Below, one piece after another: positions 57,785 to 64,000 of a DNA stretch of 64,000 nucleotides. A program made the translations under genes and the position numbers. A model generated the notes under the pieces. That model made no database searches and was not told the DNA's origin. It saw only the letters and a program-made list of their open reading frames with translations. Source of the stretch: Tubulanus polymorphus (taxonomy: Eukaryota; Animalia; Nemertea); assembly GCF_964204645.1 (NCBI RefSeq), contig NC_134035.1, positions 1,116,001 to 1,180,000 on the forward strand. Direction: 5' to 3'. Every line of letters begins with the position of its first letter. The stretch's first letter is position 1.

Positions 57785-59397
57785 TTAACTCATGTAAACA
57801 GTATTATTAGTTGCCATGGAATCTCAACAAGCGACCGAAGAGTTTGCATCTTAAAAAGAAATCGCGCGATAAAAACCAAAAAATCAATCGAAATATATTC
57901 ATGATTTGTAAATAGGTTAAAACAATCATCGAATTAACTGTCTACATATATAATATATATCATACATCTATTATATATATATGCATGTGGCTTGAAAAAT
58001 CCACAAAGAGTTTCCCGGAGTTTTGCAAAAAAACAATTATTCATTTCGCCTAAAAATATATACAAAACATTTCATGTCTTTGTGTGTAAAATGTAAAATC
58101 GTTTGAATACTATCATGATTATGGCTGAATTCGAAGTTTAAAAATCCGATTGTAATAAAATTCGCATTTTTGAAAGAGAAAAAAAATACCGAGAAATATA
58201 ACATTCAGGTATCGCTCTGCACCCCGGCGCACCTTCCTTGAATACTCAATTACTATTCTCCTTCAGGCTGTCGCACACGTCATGTTCGAGACTTCGCCGA
58301 GGATTATTTGCAATTGGAAATGAAACCGGACGTTAGACGTTATATCAAATCACTTCATGAAATATGCGAAAGTCCGATGCGGGGTGCGTAGATTGTTACC
58401 CCCAAAAACGCGCTTAAACCAGAAGAATCCATTTATACGACGATGATGATGATGATGATGATGATAAATAGCTACACCGACTACAGCCTGTACTCACTAC
58501 ACTAGATCTTCAAATCGACGACTGAACATAGAACATGATTTGTCACCTGTTCAGAATATCGATATCAATATATATATTAGTAATATAAGTTATAATAATA
58601 TTATTACGGTAAATATTAAAAATATTCAGTGCATGTCTCGTCATCAATATACAACAACGTCCTTTAGGTATCAATGATAATAATATAAAAATCTCAACGA
58701 CCAAGTATAGTTTTCGGACCGGCGGTTTACGTAACCTCTCGATTTCTACACACGATTGCAAAGATAAAATCTCACCAGATTCTAAGTAGCAGGATAATTG
58801 TTTTCCTAGCATCCATCATTTCACCTCGACGACGGCTGCTAGGTAATAACTGAAATGTTGCGGCTTCAATAAAGCTTTGAATTTCTAAATTACAGTATGA
58901 GGACTTCGCATCATTTCATGAGTTACCATATCGTTTAACAAATTCAGCTTCGCGTACAGACCTCGCAGAAGTTTGATCGCTCGCCGAATAAATCGGATTT
59001 TATCTTCGCAACGATGCGCGGAAAAATCATAATGGCGACGAGTGCCGGGTTCATAAAGGACCTAATCGGCGTTTAGAATTGAACCGATGACGTTTTTGGC
59101 CCCAAAACGAACGCGTGTTGCTAAACAAAGACGAAACTTACGATAAAACACAGTTGACAATCGACGACGACGACCGAGATGCAGTAGTGAAGTAGACAAG
59201 CTAAACATACACAGTATGTATGCAGCAATACGACAATTTCAGATCTCTCAATAGTAATACATATAAAATATACACACAGACACACGCGTGAATGACAGAA
59301 TTTTACGAAACTTACTGGACAACAATTCACCGCAGTGCGAAATGCATTCAAACATGCAGCAGAGCAGACCTGACAGACCGGTTATTTCCAATTTGTA

Positions 59398-59645
59398 GCA
59401 GCTTTCACTAGAAATTTGAGTAATTCGACGTCAAGTCAAGAAGTTTCATTGAATCTAATTTTCAGTGTATTCTGATATTTTCAGGACGAACTGATCTCCT
59501 CAGACGACAATTAACCACAGGCAGTTTTCACCAGAAATGTAATTCGACACCATAAGTTTCAATGAAAATGAACTAAATTCTCTAATTGGTTTGAGAGTAT
59601 TTTGATATTTTCGGGACTGAGCTCTCAAGATGGGGAGTAACCACT
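59398..59645. repeat. Degenerate ~120-bp tandem duplication
   Basis: GCAG.TTTCAC.AGAAAT..GTAATTCGAC...AAGTTTCA.TGAA...TGATATTTTC.GGAC...TAACCAC occurs twice. Confidence 0.6.
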
Positions 59646-60103
59646 CGCAAATAGTAGCGGTAGTCAGGTCAGCGCGTGTTCAATAGGTTTTCACTAGGAA
59701 CCTCAGCATCGGCGTGTGTACCACCGTAGAATACACTAGCAATGTAGAGCACCTAGTGGATGCGATGTCACTTTCCAGGACTGTCGGTAAATCTTAAGTA
59801 GCCTGCGCGCACAATTTAAACAAAACATTTGAGAATACGCAGCTTTGATTGTTACATATACTCTGTATACAGTAATCATTTATACGCCAAGTTTTTTTTT
59901 CTAGGTTATTTATGCTCTATTATTACTCGATTTTCTAGTCGTATCATTAACTATATAACTCTACGAACGTTCCCTATACGAGCGACTACTAAAAAAAATA
60001 CCTAATGAATCAGATACAACAATAGCAGCGATTTATTCGGTTTATTCGTAAGACAACGCCGTGAAACTGATCAGATGGCACGGTTCTTACTGGTCCGGTA
60101 TCA

Positions 60104-60236
60104 GTTGCACAGTCTCATGGCTCAGATTTAAGACCGGTCTAAGATGACCAACTTAGTTCTATAGCCTATCTAACATCTAAGAACCAGTCTTAACATTTAA
60201 GACCCCTTTTGGATTTAAGTCATGACTGCGCAACCG
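60104..60236. mobile_element. Small palindromic MITE-like element
   Basis: CAGTTGCACAGTC ... GACTGCGCAACCG termini with internal TTAAGACC/GTCTTAA inverted motifs. Confidence 0.5.
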
Positions 60237-60758
60237 GGGCCAGGGTTACGACTTTACGTATTGAAATTCCCCGACGTTTTAGGAAAAATTTCCCAGTCTA
60301 GTAACAAACCCATGAGAAAGATAAGTTAGAAGTTCTGTAACGTCGAGGTTTACAGCTACAGTTCCTCTAAAATCAGGTCAAATGAATGAACTAAAATTCA
60401 TCAAATCTAAAATTCAACTCTTTCAACACCGAACAGAACAATCGAAGATTACACATAGAAAAAACATAAGGTGTAATGAAATATATAAACGCTTGCAGAC
60501 AATGAGTAGTACAGCAGCTACACGCTGTATATATCGGACACTTCCACATATCGCACATTTATTTATACATAAATATAAAAAACCCGCGGTTGGCAGAAAC
60601 AACAACACTTGAATCGTTAACGTTCGATGCGGAGAATCTTATTATCATCTTCTCAAAACGATAGAGATTTCGAATAATCGTCAAAACCAGCAGACGTCTT
60701 TATATAGCCCGTTACAAATAGATGGTCGTCATTTCAACGAAAACAGTTTTCAACATTC

Positions 60759-60791
<33 letters not shown>

Positions 60792-61294
60792 AAATAAGTA
60801 CGACGCGTGTGTGCGTAAGTGGTTAACGACTACGTGATAAATAATCATTCGTAATTAATTGAATAAAATAATAATCACAATAATAATAATAATAGTAATA
60901 ATACTTAATTAAATCTAATAATATTATCATCAAACGAAGATGTTTGCGTTTCGAAAAATATTTCCTACGATGTGATACACTGCTATTATAAGTCTCCACG
61001 TAATATGTACATATGTACCATAACTATGTGCGGCCACGTTGTTCTGAGTGTTAGAAAAAAAAATAATGACAATATTCTAAATGAATTCCTCCTAAATAGG
61101 TTTGAATTCCTCCTCGAATAGGTCTCGATAGATTCAGCATTCGCGGAAAATAGTGACGGTGAGTGCGGTTTTAGTTACACGCGGCGTTCGATTTTAATAA
61201 TGAATCTTATCCATCACAAACACACACACAGATGACCCGGCTACGAAGGACAGCGATGACCCCCGACATTCTCTCCTCTCTCTCTCTCTCGTCT

Positions 61295-63770
61295 CTACGC
61301 CTCAACGCCGATATTACGACACAAACAGATCGCGAACACGAAGCCGAAAAGCTGAAAGAGTAAATATGTATATGATGGCACTAGATCTATTCACCCCTCA
61401 CCAGTGCGTCTACACTGCAATGCGGTGTATCAATCATCAGCGGTGCAGTGTAGAAGATGGTGATGGACTTTTCTAGTACACCTCATTGCGGTGTATCACT
61501 GGGACCAGTTTTTTATAGATAAAATTCGATCAAATGCGTTGGTGTGTTGGGTAAGAGATTTTCCATCCCTCCTTGAAACCGGTGACAAGATGAATTCCTG
61601 CTTGAGTCGACCGTACTCACTCTCGGGGATTCAAACTTGATGGCATAAGACTCGGCTATAATACGAACCCTGCCCTAGCACTGCATGCACAAATTCCGAT
61701 TTCAGATAATCTCAACAATCGATCAATGTTTTTACCTCAATTCCAGCGACTCCACAAGCAACAGCAATTAGAATGATGCTGTGCTTTTGAAACCATTTAG
61801 ACATTTGCTCGAAACATCCCTAAAATAAAATCAACACAAACCAACTATATAATAGTATCGCAATGAACACTGAATTATAAATATAAAGATCAGTGAGTTG
61901 ATTTCAATGATCCACAATAATAGAAACAAAAACCTACAATCATTGGAACAAGAGATAAACAGTTTTAACATGTCCGCTAGAGTACTTCTGCCTATATTAA
62001 TTTACAGCATACATTCCAAATGAATACTCGCATGTGTGCTAGTATTCTACCAGACATGGTCTCCTTACGATTATAGGTTTTGTATCTACTAATACCGCCA
62101 CCAGCCTAGTACAATCTATTCGATGAATGCCGTTAAAAAGAACTAACTTTTTGATGTACATTGTTGGCGTCCATGTTCTTCTGACAAGCGTTCGCGTCTT
62201 TCGGTACGGGATTTTTCCAGTCGGTCGAAGTCGCTTTCAATACGCAGCAACTTTTCGGCAATTTAATGCCGTTAGTTTGCTGAAACAAACAATAAGTATT
62301 TCATAAATTTTACAGCAAGAGTTATGGCGCTGAATACGTATTCTTGATTTAAATTTGACTCTCATGAACTACGAGTACTAGTCATAAGATCTAAGACCAC
62401 TTTTTCATGACTGCTCACAGGGTGGCGCCAATTTCAACCCATTCACAAATCCCGCGAGTTTTCCCTGATTTTTCCATGTGATTAGATAATACAAAATTCC
62501 TCCTGAGTGAATCAGAAAAATTTCTAGGTTTAAATTGTTACAATTCATTCATTTTCAGTGGATCTCATACTAATAAAGAAACACCAGATCAATAGAATTA
62601 ACCAAATTCCAGTTTTCCAGGTTTTTGGTAAAATTTGTCAAATTCCCTGATATAAGTTCTTCTAGATTTTTCTGATCCCTCGAGTTCTCCAGGTTTTCCA
62701 GGTCAGAACTGGGTCCAGCATATCAAAATGGAGACAACATTTTTAACTTACATTATTCTGCCAAGCACTTTGATCGTAATCAGTAATGCCGACAGCTCCA
62801 CAGCATTTGAACTGCAATCGTAAACAAAAATACATAAGAAATTTTGAAGTTCTTTTTAATAATTTGGAGTACAAATACAAATTTCTTTAAAGAAAAAAAA
62901 ATGAAAGGGGCCGAAGGGAAAAATTTTAAATCTATTTCTATCAAAATAGGGAAGAGATAAAGAAAAATACAGTTGTAGGAAAATTGTAAAACGATGAACT
63001 AGGTTTTCCTAGCTGGACGGATGAACGCAACAATAAAACCCCTCTGCGTACAAGAAGGATAAACCTACGCATACCTCAATTTGTGCATAGTTCCAGGCAT
63101 TGAGTAGAGCATTCCCAGGGAAAATCTTCTCTTTCACTTGTTTTTCCATTTCTGTTTTCAGACCTTTCGTCACCTGCAATAATTTCGAGATTATTTTCAA
63201 GCATCGTTCGGGGGACACAAAAAAATCTGGAAGCACAGGACCAAATTGGCGCGGTGAATTAATACAAAAAAAGGGGTAATGTCTATTTCAACTTGTTTTG
63301 AGAGCATATCAGGTGGCCTAGCTCAGTCAGTTTTGGTGGTACATACCTGTTAAAGTTTCATTAGGATCAGGATGGACTGGCAGTTGACCTAAAACATCGT
63401 TTTTTGATTCATTCTTCACTGTATTGAAAGATTGCAAATAAGTCTGCATTGAAAGACGAGAGAAAGAGAATGAACCCCTTTCAATGCAGACTTTTTTGCA
63501 ATCCTACAAGAATGGATTAAAAAACGATGTTTTAGGTCAACTGCCAGTGCTTTCTGGTCCTAATAAGACTTCTATCAGGTATGTACAATCAAACCTGACC
63601 GAGCAAGACCAACTGATCTACTCTCAAGTCAAGTTGAAATAGACATTAGTATTTGAAGATACAGGTGGAGGGAGGAGGGGATTCAAATAACGTACCTTTG
63701 CCTTGTAGATTATGACCAGCGCACCGGCAGCGATTTCACCACCCATAACAATCACCAGGAAGAAAATATA
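61295..63770 (-). CDS. Tetraspanin, last six exons (TM3, large extracellular loop, TM4); 5' part outside the window
   Basis: Exons 63770-63696, 63173-63075, 62811-62752, 62279-62148, 61819-61736, 61351-61295, all phase 0. Motifs EIAAG, FKCCG...DY, PKSCC, GC, E.FG.VFAICLCR. Confidence 0.93.
63308..63617. mobile_element. 310-bp foldback (near-palindromic) element in a tetraspanin intron
   Basis: Arms pair over ~140 nt, including perfect ACTGGCAGTTGACCTAAAACATCGTTTTTT / AAAAAACGATGTTTTAGGTCAACTGCCAGT and AAGTCTGCATTGAAAG / CTTTCAATGCAGACTT. Confidence 0.85.
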
Positions 63771-64000
63771 CTGAAAGTCGATGGAATGAAGTGAAACATT
63801 AGTAAACGTTTGAGATAAAATGCAATCTGCAATAGGTGTTCGACGCATAATCAAGATATATATCATTCTGTGGAGAGGATCCAGGGGGACTTGTCAGACT
63901 TGTACAATCAAATTTAGGACTGGTGAAGATATTGATGAATTTAGGTCTCTGAATTCTGGCATCAACACTGAGAATTTTTTTACACAATCTAGCGTTACAT

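Overview
AT-rich, intron-containing animal genomic DNA from a marine invertebrate (probably lophotrochozoan; inferred from gene content only). Four spliced protein-coding genes lie on the minus strand: a complete 12-exon SLC3/rBAT-like amino-acid transporter heavy chain (25330-30553), a complete 9-exon secreted astacin metalloprotease with five ShKT domains (31890-35470), a 6-coding-exon Q/N-rich uncharacterised protein (49822-52634) and the 3' half of a tetraspanin (61295-63770). About 35 kb is one modular repeat family in two same-orientation blocks (1-24874 and ~40190-49909) that bracket the SLC3 and astacin genes. It has ~3.05-kb short units and ~5.46-kb long units. Long units carry a GRL101/LGR-type GPCR pseudogene fragment plus the last exon and 3' UTR of the neighbouring Q/N-rich gene. 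The repeat also shows splice sites and a polyA signal consistent with a multi-exon non-coding transcript whose intron is a G-rich VNTR. Other notable items: an antisense copy of SLC3 exon 4 inside its own intron 10, a Penelope-type hammerhead ribozyme insertion with a 13-bp TSD, several MITEs, tRNA-derived SINE heads and minisatellites. Most short ORFs in the six-frame track are spurious. All alignments were done by eye.
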